Source: Octopus bimaculoides (lineage: Eukaryota). Taken from it: a stretch of 34,177 nucleotides of DNA. How positions within the stretch are numbered: the stretch's first letter is position 1; each line of letters starts with the position of its first letter. The notes under the pieces are model-generated. The model searched no databases and was not told the DNA's origin. It saw only the letters and a program-made list of their open reading frames with translations. Of the stretch, positions 13,780 through 24,809 are shown one piece after another. Location: positions 42,104,364 to 42,138,540 of the forward strand of contig NC_068988.1 in the NCBI RefSeq assembly GCF_001194135.2. Reading direction: 5' to 3'. The translations under genes were made by a program, and so were the position numbers.

Positions 13780-14115
13780 TATCCTTTACTTCTTTCAGTC
13801 GTCAGTCTGCGGTCATGCTTGGAGAATTTTTAGTCGAATGTATCGACCCCGCTACTTGTTTTCTTAAGCGTGGAACTTATTCTATCGGTCTATTCACCCG
13901 AACCTCTAAGTTAAGGGGACGTAAACACGCCAGCACGGGTTGTCAAGAGGTGTGGGGGAAGACAAACACAGATACAAACACACACATATAGATACATATA
14001 TAGGACGGGCTTCTTTCATTTTCCATCCACCAAATCCACTCACAAGGCTATAGTAGAAGGTGTCATATATATATGTACGATCGGTTTCTTTCAGTTTCCG
14101 TCTACCCACTCCACT
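13780..14115. mobile_element. SINE family B (CORE-type composite) fragments
   Basis: CAGTC..CTGCGG.CATG.T.GAG..TCGACCCC...GAACC..TAAGT..GGGACGTAAACAC is shared with 23375-23580. TTCTTTCAGTTTCCGTCTACC..ATCCACTCACAAGG is shared with 20335-20380. Confidence 0.75.
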
Positions 14116-14662
14116 CACATGAGTCATTAACTTGCTTTTTACGACTTGCTCTGCGAATCCATCAACATGAAATAATTACTGTCTCTTTATTTAGGCTGAA
14201 AGTCAATAATTTTGAGACGACGGACATTATTCACACAATCAGCCTCAGTATATGACTGGTACTTTGTTTTATCGACTCCGATTTATCGACTCCGAATGGA
14301 GAGATTTGCTCACAAAATGTAAACCCTCGGAACAAATACCACAATGAGTATATGTCCGACATGGCACCATAAGTTTTCAGGAATCGTTAATATTTGAATT
14401 CATGCCAAAATTTGAATCCATGCTCACCTTCATTTAAAATGTTTTACGGAGATTTTACCTGTTTGCCCAATTAACTCAAATAATTTGGGGGAAAATCATG
14501 ATCAGCTATGGGTCGATATTTTAGCCTATGTCTTTGATGGCATCTCTTACTTTTCATCGCCCCTAACCTGAAGCACTAATATATGGCTTAGCTTGAAACA
14601 CTTAAGTAAATAATAATAATAAAAAACTAAAAAAAATAATCAGTTAAAAATGTCGCTCATAG

Positions 14663-15977
14663 TCATTGAAAATAAAGTAAAATACTTTCATGCAAGTGAG
14701 AGAGGGTATTAAAGGAAACCCGGGGTATAGAAAACAAGAAAACAGACCAGAACATCTTTACAGTTTCGAAAAAGAAACAGCTACTGTACACACAAAATAC
14801 GGCTGTTGCTTGAATGAGTAGATCACTCATTAAAGATCCTTGAAGGTGAGTGAGATACTCCATTAATAACTCAGTGGTACGTTCACTTCCTCGCTGAAAC
14901 AAACATATAGTTGTTGCTTTACATGAAGCAGTTGCAGTCATCAGTTACATTGACATAGAAGAAACCATTGTAAATAATGCCATAGACAAAACTAGTATAG
15001 TAGTAGCAGGTCCTGGAGGCTTTCCAGTACTTTTCCTTTAAAAATGTGAAAAAGTCCCTAGCTAAATCCTTCAGTTACTTTTCTTAGTATCTTAGTTATT
15101 TTTCCCAAGTTTTCTACTGTCAATAAGAAAGGAAGTAGAGCTGATGTAAAATAGTAATGGCCTATATCTCTGACTTCATACACCAGGAAGAAATTTATAA
15201 CGTTCCTAAGTAAAAATAACCAGCTATGTGAAACCCAACATGGTTTCCACTCAAAAAGAAGCTACTCCACACAAGTATTGCAATATTATAACTGGATGCT
15301 CAAGTAGCTACTCAGCCAATAGAATATGCTGATGCTTCAACCATCATGTTATTGTGAAAAATATTGCGTTTCCTTTTTTCACCAGTCAGAGCGAACATAC
15401 ATAGCCATCTCTGGTAAAAACTTCTCTAGTATAAATATATCGCACAGATGGCTGGGCAAATGTCCCATACATCCAACATTTCATAGATTCAGTGTTCGTT
15501 TTGTTAGGGACTATGCTGGGTATTCCTTCAATCAGTAATTTATTGTGTGATGTGCTGTATCGTTCTGAAAATGTATTTCATCTGCTATCAATTCCGTTTG
15601 TGTAATACTCTTGTATTGAGAAAGCCAAAATTGATTAAGTTTACCTATGATCAAACAAATTTCCAATGTAGCCATAACCATAGACTATTTAGATAATGTG
15701 TATCTAAGGTATATGTCCGTTTTAAATATAATAAGAGGCTGTTTGAGAGAGATTTGGCTTATGTAGAAACAGTTAAAGTAGTCGCATCTGGTAAACAATA
15801 TTTACCTCGTTTCACTACTTGTTTCTGGTTGTTTCCATCCGAATAGCATTTGAGATCAATAAGGCTATTGAAGTGGCTTAAGCTATTTTGGTGTCTACAT
15901 CTTTTTAACGCATATATCTTTAAGACTGACTGGCGAAGATGGTTTTCGAACATTGTTGTAATATTAACCATATTCAT
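14663..15977 (-). pseudogene. Probable decayed single-exon rhodopsin-class GPCR (FMRFamide/myosuppressin/sex-peptide-receptor-like)
   Basis: Across frameshifts, in the correct order: IVYGYGYIGNLF (TM1 GN), LCDIFILEKFLPEMAMYV..ALTGEK (TM3/ERY-like), IAILVWSSFFLS (TM4 W), YYFTSALLPFLLTVENLGKITKILRK (TM5), TTILVLSMALFTM (TM6), SDLLIQATAVFCVYSSCFFFETVKMF (TM7/helix 8). Many stops; manual alignment only. Confidence 0.45.
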
Positions 15978-18131
15978 TGAATATATTTCTGAAGTGCTTA
16001 AATATGATTTGACATTGCTATTTCAGATCGCATTTCTGGCTGCAACAACAAATATAGCACAAATACATGTCGTCACTAGCATTCTTGGCTAAGTTTATCA
16101 GGGCGTTCGTGAAATCGTTCAATATATAATAATGTTTCTACAACTGAATCTAGAAAGCACTTACAATAACTACTTGTGTATTTAGAAATAACATGTTAGT
16201 TTCATGTTCCTGAACGTTTTGCACAATTACTATAAGGAGGAGGGAGCTGAGTGTGGTGGATGGTACTAAGGAAGAGAGAAAGAGGCGCAGGGTGGGGGAA
16301 AAGAGGAGGAAGAAAATTACAAAAATGGTTATTAAATGATGGTAAAAAAATCACTCCAAAAATGGCCGTCTTTCATTTGAGGAAATTATTTTCTATATTG
16401 GCTGACAAAATCAGTTTATGAAAAAGAAAAACATCGAGCATTTAAATCTTCCAGGCATAAAGTATCTAGAATATAATATGAGAAAGACTGATAGCTAAAT
16501 AGTGGCAACTTGGTACTGTGAAATAAAACAGATATCATCTATAGCATATATCAATTCTTCAGGGGCAGCATTAAGTAGAATGCATTCAGAACATTATAAA
16601 AGGTGTTATTGATCAATTTCCATAAATATTCACACACAAAGACATACATCTGTATATGTATAAGTATAACTACAGACACATATATACACATACATATATA
16701 TATACACATCGATATATACTTATATGCATAAATGTATATATTTGTATATATATATATATNNNNNNNNNNNNNNNNNNNNNNNNNNNNNNNNNNNNNNNNN
16801 NNNNNNNNNNNNNNNNNNNNNNNNNNNNNNNNNNNNNNNNNNNNNNNNNNNNNNNNNNNNNNNNNNNNNNNNNNNNNNNNNNNNNNNNNNNNNNNNNNNN
16901 NNNNNNNNNNNNNNNNNNNNNNNNNNNNNNNNNNNNNNNNNNNNNNNNNNNNNNNNNNNNNNNNNNNNNNNNNNNNNNNNNNNNNNNNNNNNNNNNNNNN
17001 NNNNNNNNNNNNNNNNNNNNNNNNNNNNNNNNNNNNNNNNNNNNNNNNNNNNNNNNNNNNNNNNNNNNNNNNNNNNNNNNNNNNNNNNNNNNNNNNNNNN
17101 NNNNNNNNNNNNNNNNNNNNNNNNNNNNNNNNNNNNNNNNNNNNNNNNNNNNNNNNNNNNNNNNNNNNNNNNNNNNNNNNNNNNNNNNNNNNNNNNNNNN
17201 NNNNNNNNNNNNNNNNNNNNNNNNNNNNNNNNNNNNNNNNNNNNNNNNNNNNNNNNNNNNNNNNNNNNNNNNNNNNNNNNNNNNNNNNNNNNNNNNNNNN
17301 NNNNNNNNNNNNNNNNNNNNTATATATGTACGTATATGATTTGCGTGTATGTGCGTACTAGTCCAATAATTTCTATTCAGCTAGTTGTCTATCAATATAT
17401 CTGGCATGTATCATCCGTCTACCTACCTCCCTCTACCAGCGCCTATCATTCCACCATATATGGATACTCTAAAGTATATCTATATACAAATATATCCAGA
17501 AAAGCATATATTTCTATATTAGTGAATATTTTCGTGTATACGTGTGTCAGTATATGTGTTGCATGCCTGTGTGTCTGTGTTTGTGTGTGCCAGCGTCTAT
17601 ATATTTGGGTTACATTTTATCCTTATATTCGTTATCTAGCAAACTAGCTGGTCGGCTATCAGTCGATTTGAATATATATCTATGCATCTATATGTCAGTT
17701 TCTGAATGTTACTCTACTCATTCAAAAATCGCATGCACTCTTTCTGCCCCTCACTCTCCTTCCTTAAAAAAATATATATGGGGATTCATACATATACGTG
17801 TGAATATATAATATGTCAGTGTGTGAGAGAGACAGAGAGAGCAACAAAGAGATAGAGTGAGATAGAAATTTGTTTGCTTGTTGTATAAAAATAAACTCGA
17901 ATATAACTAAATGCCAGTTTACAATGAAGTGGAATATTTTAAATAAATTGTTATTTGTGCTGACAAAAGAAAACTTGATTATTGACAAGGAGAACAATAT
18001 TTACTAATTGCTCTTAACTTTACTCAATTAGGGGCAACCAATAAAGATTCAGAAGTGGAAATCATCTTCATTGCACATGAAAATATAATCAATTGTGATC
18101 TGGCCATATGGGTAAAAATACTTCAGTTAGA

Positions 18132-19172
18132 CTAATCAGTCTAAATGAATATTGGCATGGTAAACAAATACACAATGATACACCATGTGCGAAACTAAAG
18201 CGACTTCTTTAAGTAGAATATATCAGTACGGAGGGACAAAAATTAAACCGAGTGATTTGTTGTTTTATGTTATACAAATTAAAGTATAAATTCCTTTATT
18301 TCTTAAGAAATATAAATTTGCAACTGAAAAGTTTGAACGGAAAATTTTAAAAACATCGAAACTAGCCTCATAACCATCAACTTGATAGATGTCACCTTGA
18401 ATCTAAATAATTCTCAAGCGCTCTTTAACTAGAGTCCAATATAACACCACGTAAACAAACATTCTATCCACCCTAGGGATATTAACAATAATTTTGTCAA
18501 GAATATTTTCTGGTATTATCCAAACTATCTACAAAACAATGAATCTGTATTAATTCGTTTAATTACCATAGCGACGCTCTCTTTCTCATTGTAGTAGATT
18601 CCAATATAACATGCAATATGTAAAAGATATATAAGTTAAACTGAAACTAAACAAAAAGAAATATACAGTCTGACTTAATCCGGTATGCAATTTAACTGTT
18701 GTTATACAAGCTGCAAAAATTTTTTATTCTATTAAAGGAACATTTTCTATCACAATATAAATATAAACAATTTAGCAAAAATTACATCAGTATCTCAGAT
18801 TGCATTAGCCCTAATTTTGGAGTAATTCTTAAACTTAATTCGCCTAATTTTATCATTTTAATTGCATTAACACAAATAATTATCTATTAAACCGCACCCC
18901 TTACATTCATAGGTAGGTCACAGTTTTTATCAAAAACTGATGCGAAAGGCTGCATGTGACTTATTTACCGAAGTATGCACTAATTTACACCACGTACTAA
19001 CGCACATACTCACACATATAAATGCATACGCGTGCACTCACACATACACATCGGCAAGTGATGTAAGACGAATTGATTATGACGCTAATCAGTCTAAATG
19101 AATATTGGCGCTGTAAACAAATATACATTGATATATCATGCGCGAAACTAAAGCGACTCCTTTAAGTAGAAT
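18132..19172 (+). repeat. 88-bp direct repeat pair (18132-18219 and 19085-19172) bracketing the PLE remnant
   Basis: Ungapped manual alignment gives 79/88 identities, with an offset of 953 bp. Confidence 0.95.
18320..18890 (+). mobile_element. Penelope-like element RT C-terminal remnant
   Basis: Fragments INLIDVTLNLNNS, HVNKHSIHP, LSKLS, KRNI..(*=W)LNP and KFFILLKEHF...FSKNYISISDCISPNFGVILK follow the PLE pattern NFLDVTLNL..YxxxxSNHP..RLSxLS..RNIIWFNPP..FLxLxxxHF..KVSYSCxPN. Confidence 0.75.
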
Positions 19173-19402
19173 TCGGCTCTGCAGCAAAACAAACATGCTT
19201 GTGATGAGACGAGACAGTGTATATATACGCGCCCTCCACTTTTACGAACTATATATGCAGAGTTCCCTGTCATTCTAATATCGATTAGATACTACATATA
19301 TTATCAATACTGACGATTTCAAAGTACCAGCTAATCTGTTCGTTCCAGATATAGATCGAAGGGACATTGCTATGATGTCTCTGATCACTGGAGTTTGCTA
19401 GA

Positions 19403-19775
19403 CATTCCATTCACATTCCTCACTTTCCATTCACATTCATAACATTCCATTGACATTCCATTGACATTCCATTCACATTCCATTCACATTCCATTGACGT
19501 TCCATTCACATTCTTCACATTCCATTGACATTCCTCATATTCCAATCACATTCCATCACATTCCATTGACATTCCATTCACATTTTTCACATTCCACTCA
19601 CATTCCATTCAAATCCTCATATTCCAATCACTTTCCATTCACATTCCTCAAATTCCATTCACATTCCATTCACATTCCTCATATTCCAGTCACATTCCAT
19701 TCACATTCCATCCACATTCTATTCACATTCCATTCACAATTCTCACATTCCATACTCATTCCATTCCCATTCCTC
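19403..19775 (+). repeat. (CATTC)-based satellite/minisatellite, main unit CACATTCCATT/GACATTCCATT
   Basis: Directly visible degenerate tandem array. Confidence 0.95.
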
Positions 19776-19779
19776 CAAT

Positions 19780-20002
19780 CCTGGAAAGTCCGAGTAAGGG
19801 GTGAATTACTACCTGGAAAGTTTCCAGGAGGGGTGAATTACTTCCTGGAAAGTTCCTAGGATGGGGAGGAGGGAGGTTAATTACTTTCCGAAAAGTTCTG
19901 AGGAGAAGGGTAAATTACTACCTGGAAAGTTCCGAGGAATGGGTGAATTACTTCCAGGAAAGTCCCGAGGAGGGGGTGAATTACTTCCAGGAAAGTTCCG
20001 GG
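19780..20002 (+). repeat. ~33-bp minisatellite, about 7 copies, consensus CCWGGAAAGTTCCGAGGAGGGGGTGAATTACTW
   Basis: Unit starts at 19780, 19812, 19844, 19888, 19921, 19954 and 19987. Confidence 0.95.
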
Positions 20003-20030
20003 ATTAGAGCACGAACGGGGAATAAGTAAA

Positions 20031-20155
20031 GGAAGGAATCTTCAACATTCCAGAGAGGGGGATTTGAGAGATGAAGCGAGGAAGGAATCTTCAACATTCC
20101 AGAGAAAGGGATTTGAGAGATGAAGGTGAGGAAGGGAGGAAGTAATCTTCAACAT
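20031..20155 (+). repeat. ~50-bp tandem repeat, two full copies plus a partial third
   Basis: GGAAGGAATCTTCAACATTCCAGAGA.GGGATTTGAGAGATGAAG at 20031 and 20080; partial AATCTTCAACAT near 20144. Confidence 0.92.
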
Positions 20156-20274
20156 AGATTCCTAGGTACAATTGAGTGGGCAAACAAGAATATGAGACAC
20201 TGCCTAGTGCTTTTTTTTATTTTGATAACCCTGGTAAATAAACGAACAGCAGTTGTGAAGCAGTGATGAGGGAG

Positions 20275-20492
20275 AAACACAGAGACAAAGACATACACAT
20301 ACACTTACATATATACATACATATATATACGATTTATTTTTTTCAGTTTCTTTCTACAAAATCCACTCACAAGGTTTTGGTTGGTCTGAGGCTATAGCAG
20401 AAGACACATGCCAATTCACTACATAGTAGTGCTGAACCCAGGACCATGTGTTTTGGAACCAAATTTCTTACCACACAGCCACACCTGCACCT
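20275..20492 (-). mobile_element. SINE family B copy with a MIR/CORE-like segment
   Basis: AAATCCACTCACAAGG..GAGGCTATAG.AGAAGACAC..GCC...GCTGAACCCAGGACCATGTG...TTCTTACCACACAGCCAC; the minus strand gives a tRNA-like head with a B-box-like GGTTCA. Confidence 0.75.
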
Positions 20493-20493
20493 A

Positions 20494-20554
<61 letters not shown>

Positions 20555-20885
20555 NNNNNNNNNNNNNNNNNNNNNNNNNNNNNNNNNNNNNNNNNNNNNN
20601 NNNNNNNNNNNNNNNNNNNNNNNNGCACACGTATGTGTGTGTATGGGTGTATATATATATGCATGTATATATGTGTATATATATGTGTACATATTACATC
20701 TATATCCATATATATTCATCTATACATATACATCTATACATTTACAGCTATACATATACATCTATATATATACATATACATCTATATATATACATGTATA
20801 TATACACACATCTATATATATATACATGTATGTATATACACATCTATATATATATATATATACATTTGTGCATATGTATACACAC

Positions 20886-20961
<76 letters not shown>

Positions 20962-21053
20962 NNNNNNNNNNATGCTTGTATATACGTGAGATAATAGTTT
21001 CACTCTAATAGCTTCAGTATTAAAGTGAAACTACATATATATATATATATACA

Positions 21054-21088
<35 letters not shown>

Positions 21089-21482
21089 ATATATATATAT
21101 TATATTATATTACATTATATACATACATTATGCACATATATTATACAGATTATACATACATTATACATATATACATATATTGTACATATATAATATACAT
21201 ATGTATGTATGTATGCATGTATGTATGTATGTATGTATATATGTATGTGTGTGTGTATGTATGTATGTAGGTATGTATGTATGTATGTATGTATATAAAG
21301 CTGTGTATGAGTGCATATATGTGTATGAATATTGAAAAAACAAAATGAAAAATAGAAATGTAAATACTGTCATATTTTTTTCTATGATAAAGTTTTCAAA
21401 GAATTTTCTTCTCTGTTTTTCCGTTACAAATTTACTCGTGTGAAACCTCTTAACCTTGTATTTGTACATGTGTGTGAGTGAG

Positions 21483-21544
<62 letters not shown>

Positions 21545-21706
21545 NNNNNNNNNNNNNNNNNNNNNNNNNNNNNNNNNNNNNNNNNNNNNNNNNNNNNNNN
21601 NNNNNNNNNNNNNNNNNNNNNNNNNNNNNNNNNNNNNNNNNNNNNNNNNNNNNNNNNNNNNNNNNNNNNNNNNNNNNNNNNNNNNNNNNNNNNNNNNNNN
21701 NNNNNN

Positions 21707-21766
<60 letters not shown>

Positions 21767-22400
21767 CGTGTATGTGTGAGTGTGTGTATGTAATCGTCTA
21801 TCTAACCATCAATCGATTCAATCTATCTATCTGTTTCTTCGTATTCCACCCTTCTATAAGAATTAAAGTGAAAGGTGGAAAAATCTCTGATCCTTTCTCA
21901 AAGAAAAGCCTTTTATCAAGAAGCTTTCAGATCAAAATTTTCTCTGCACTGTTTCACAGACGCAATGCTGGAAAGTTCCGTTATTATCTATCAGCGTAAC
22001 CACACATTCGCATTTTTTGCTAACGTCAGAACTGACGTCAGAGCGGCTAGATCTGACAGTAGCGCCGTCTTAATTATTTTCATTCTGATGTTTTAAAGAA
22101 CCAGAACATCGTTGAGAATAATGCAGAGGATGTAATAGGGGAAACTAAATAGAAACTTATTTGTCCAAATAAATAATTTAGACAAATAAGTATAATTCGA
22201 TTAGTGGATTAAGTGTTGAGTAGAGCACCGACACAGTTTAGGCTACGTGTTGGCATCCGCAGTTGTGATACACTTTCTTTGGATCTACTTCAGGAACTCT
22301 GCAGTGGCAGTTAGGGTAATAGCATTAATTAATAGTAGGAGATGGATTTTAACAACAAGCCAGCCGACACTAAAAGTCTCTAGTGAAACTTCTTTATCAA

Positions 22401-22448
22401 TGTACCTGAAGAGACCCCCGACTGATGGGTCGAAACATATGTTCTACC
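22401..22448 (+). ncRNA. Minimal type I hammerhead-ribozyme-like core (probably degenerate; PLE-type)
   Basis: CTGAAGA (22406-22412), stem II GACCC/GGGTC (22413-22417/22427-22431), GAAA (22432-22435), then C-ATAT-G-TT with a palindromic loop. Stem I is only GTA/TAC with a C-C mismatch at the first position. Confidence 0.55.
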
Positions 22449-22508
22449 AAATAAAAGTCATATATAAAATCCATCTCCTATTATTAATACTATATATGTA
22501 CATATATA

Positions 22509-23361
22509 CAGTGGTACCTTGACTTACGATCTGCACCATACTGATCTGCACTATACTAAATCAGAAGGAGTCGATAAAGGTTATAACGCCAGCCAAGGGC
22601 ATTAAAATAATTTCTAAACAGCGAACATCTATCCATGAAAATATGAAGAAGCTGCTGATGGTGTGGTTGATGCTGTGACGGAGGATATAATCTGCGAGAA
22701 TGCATGAGCTATTTACGCTGATTTGCTGCAGCAAACCCCAGACTTGTACGGGCGAGGCATCGGGCGAGCCGTTTAAAGCTCGTCGGGACTGGTTCTAGAA
22801 TTTTAAAAAGAGGACAGGCATTCACCCCCTTGTCAGGCACGGTGAGGCAGTGAGAACGGATATGAAGGTAGCTGTGGATTACCTCAAAACTTTTACCGGA
22901 ATTATAGCAGCCGAAAGATACGTCCTCCAGAAAATCTTCAACTGTGACGAGACAGGACATTTTTGGAAGATGCCAAGGAGAACTTATATAACGGCAGAGG
23001 AGAAGATCCCNNNNNNNNNNNNNNNNNNNNNNNNNNNNNNNNNNNNNNNNNNNNNNNNNNNNNNNNNNNNNNNNNNNNNNNNNNNNNNNNNNNNNNNNNN
23101 NNNNNNNNNNNNNNNNNNNNNNNNNNNNNNNNNNNNNNNNNNNNNNNNNNNNNNNNNNNNNNNNNNNNNNNNNNNNNNNNNNNNNNNNNNNNNNNNNNNN
23201 NNNNNNNNNNNNNNNNNNNNNNNNNNNNNNNNNNGGAAGGGGCAGAACGGATTAATGGCATTTCAGTTCATTTCAATGGGGAAATTTGATTTGATATACG
23301 AGTAATTTGAGTTACGAGCTCCATCACGGAATGAATTAAACTCGTAAGTCAAGATACCACT
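22509..23361 (+). mobile_element. Tigger/pogo-type DNA transposon, internally deleted, both TIRs present
   Basis: Left TIR TA|CAGTGGTACCTTGACTTACGA (22509-22529); right TIR TCGTAAGTCAAGATACCACT (23342-23361). Transposase fragment VRHGEA..QKIFNCDETGHFWKMPRRTYITAEEK is the DDE_1 first-Asp motif. Contains a gap. Confidence 0.93.
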
Positions 23362-23374
23362 CCTTTACTCTTTT

Positions 23375-23580
23375 ACTCTTATACTTGTTTCAGTCATTTG
23401 ACTGCGGCCATGGTGGAGCACCACCTTTAGTCGAGCAAATCGACCCCAGGACTTATTCTTTGTAAGCCTAGTACTTATTCCATCGGTGTCTTTTGCCGAA
23501 CCGTTAAGTGACGGGGACATAAACACACCAGCATCGGTTGTCAAGCAATGCTAGTGGGGACAAACACAGACACACAAACA
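23375..23580. mobile_element. SINE family B fragment
   Basis: Clearly homologous to 13780-13975 (CAGTC..CTGCGGCCATG..TCGACCCC..GAACCG.TAAGT.ACGGGGAC.TAAACACACCAGC..GGTTGTCAAG). Confidence 0.8.
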
Positions 23581-23582
23581 TA

Positions 23583-23965
23583 AAAACCTTGTCGCGTCGA
23601 GGTTTAAACTCTTCTTGTGCTGGTTGTGACCAGTCGCTGATATTGTGACGTATGCTTTCATTCTCCTGTCCACATTTTCTGCACAATGGCGACTTTGATG
23701 TGTGTCTGATAAGGTACTTGACAGAATTTGTTCTTAGTGCCTGCTCATGGGCAATAAAGATCATCCCTTCAGTCTTTTCTTTTAGATACTCATTCCGCAT
23801 CCATCTCCATCATTCAGGTGCAGCCAGATTTCTAATGAAAACACTGCGCAATGGCTTCTCTTTTCCTAAAGCCACCTTCTCCTCACGCATCCTTTTCTTA
23901 AAATCAACCAAATATTCTGTATCTTCTTGTACCTCCTCATTCAGCGTTGCCTTCAGCATTCACTC
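23583..23965 (-). mobile_element. R4/Dong-like RLE non-LTR retrotransposon fragment (zinc-knuckle region)
   Basis: KEKPLRSVF...WRWMRNEYLKEKTEGMIFIAHEQALRTN...SPLCRKCGQENESIRH...AQEEFKPRRDKV: the CCHC zinc-knuckle/RHD region that precedes the restriction-like endonuclease. Confidence 0.85.
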
Positions 23966-24559
23966 GTGACATGACTGTAAATACTTACAAGATGAAATGC
24001 ACCCAGATCTTACACGTTCACCAATTAACCCTCTTCGACCTTCATTACGGGGATGGTACAATCTGGCTACATTACCGCGTGAATGGAAGCACTTATTCTT
24101 GTTCTTCGATTTTGACTTGTTTAAGTCCATTTGACAGTACCCACACCATACCTTATAACTCCCACTGCCTAGACATTAATGGCGTCAATTAAGTTATCTC
24201 AATTTAGCTTATATTAACAAAGTTTCTTCCCGCTCCAAATGTACTCTTCTCTTATCGTCTTCTTTTTTTTTTTTTTTNNNNNNNNNNTTTTTTTTTTTTG
24301 TATCCAAGTGTAGTTCTGGCTGGTGTATTCACAGATATTTATATCCACCGCGGTCCACTTTCTTCTTAGATGCTCCGTCAGGGAGTTCAATACGTGTGTT
24401 ATCTATTTTCTCACCCCTTCCCATCCCCAGAATAGCAGATTCGTCAAAATGTCTATTGCTGTTGTTGTTGTTATTTTTTCCATTTTACTTCTCAAAGTTC
24501 TCGATTTTACTTGTTTCGGTTAATTTTGTAAGAGCGAATAGCAACCTGTTGTCAAACGT

Positions 24560-24790
24560 CATACAGGGTCTCGACAGATTCAAGCACGCAGATTCGTTAA
24601 CAAACCCGGCAAAATACTTAGCGATATTTCGTCCGTCTTTACACTCTGGGTTCAAATTCCACCGAGATCGACTTTGCCTTTCATCTTTTACGGGTCGATG
24701 AAATAAGTATCAGTTGAACACTGGGGTCGATGTAATCGACATATCTCCTCTTCCCAAACTGCTGGCACTGTGCCAAAAATTGAAATCATT
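24560..24790 (+). mobile_element. SINE family A copy ending in an (ATT)n tail
   Basis: GCAGATTCGTTAA..CCGG..AAATACTTAGCG.TATTTCGTC..GGGTTCAAATTCC.CCGAG.TCGACTTTGCCTTTCATC..GGGTCGAT...CACTGGGGTCGATGTAATCGAC. Confidence 0.85.
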
Positions 24791-24809
24791 ATTATTATCA
24801 TTATCATTG

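Noticed and set aside
14663-15560. piggyBac transposase interpretation of the decayed minus-strand region
   Set aside because: No convincing DEQ/DNWF/DxxD motifs or TTAA-bounded TIRs; the ordered hydrophobic segments fit a GPCR better.
19780-20002. CRISPR-like array
   Set aside because: Units are contiguous with no unique spacers, the context is eukaryotic, and there are no cas genes.
22033-22040. Isolated CRE palindrome TGACGTCA, and the E-box TCACGTGA near 11724
   Set aside because: Single short motifs are expected by chance in 34 kb, with no promoter context.
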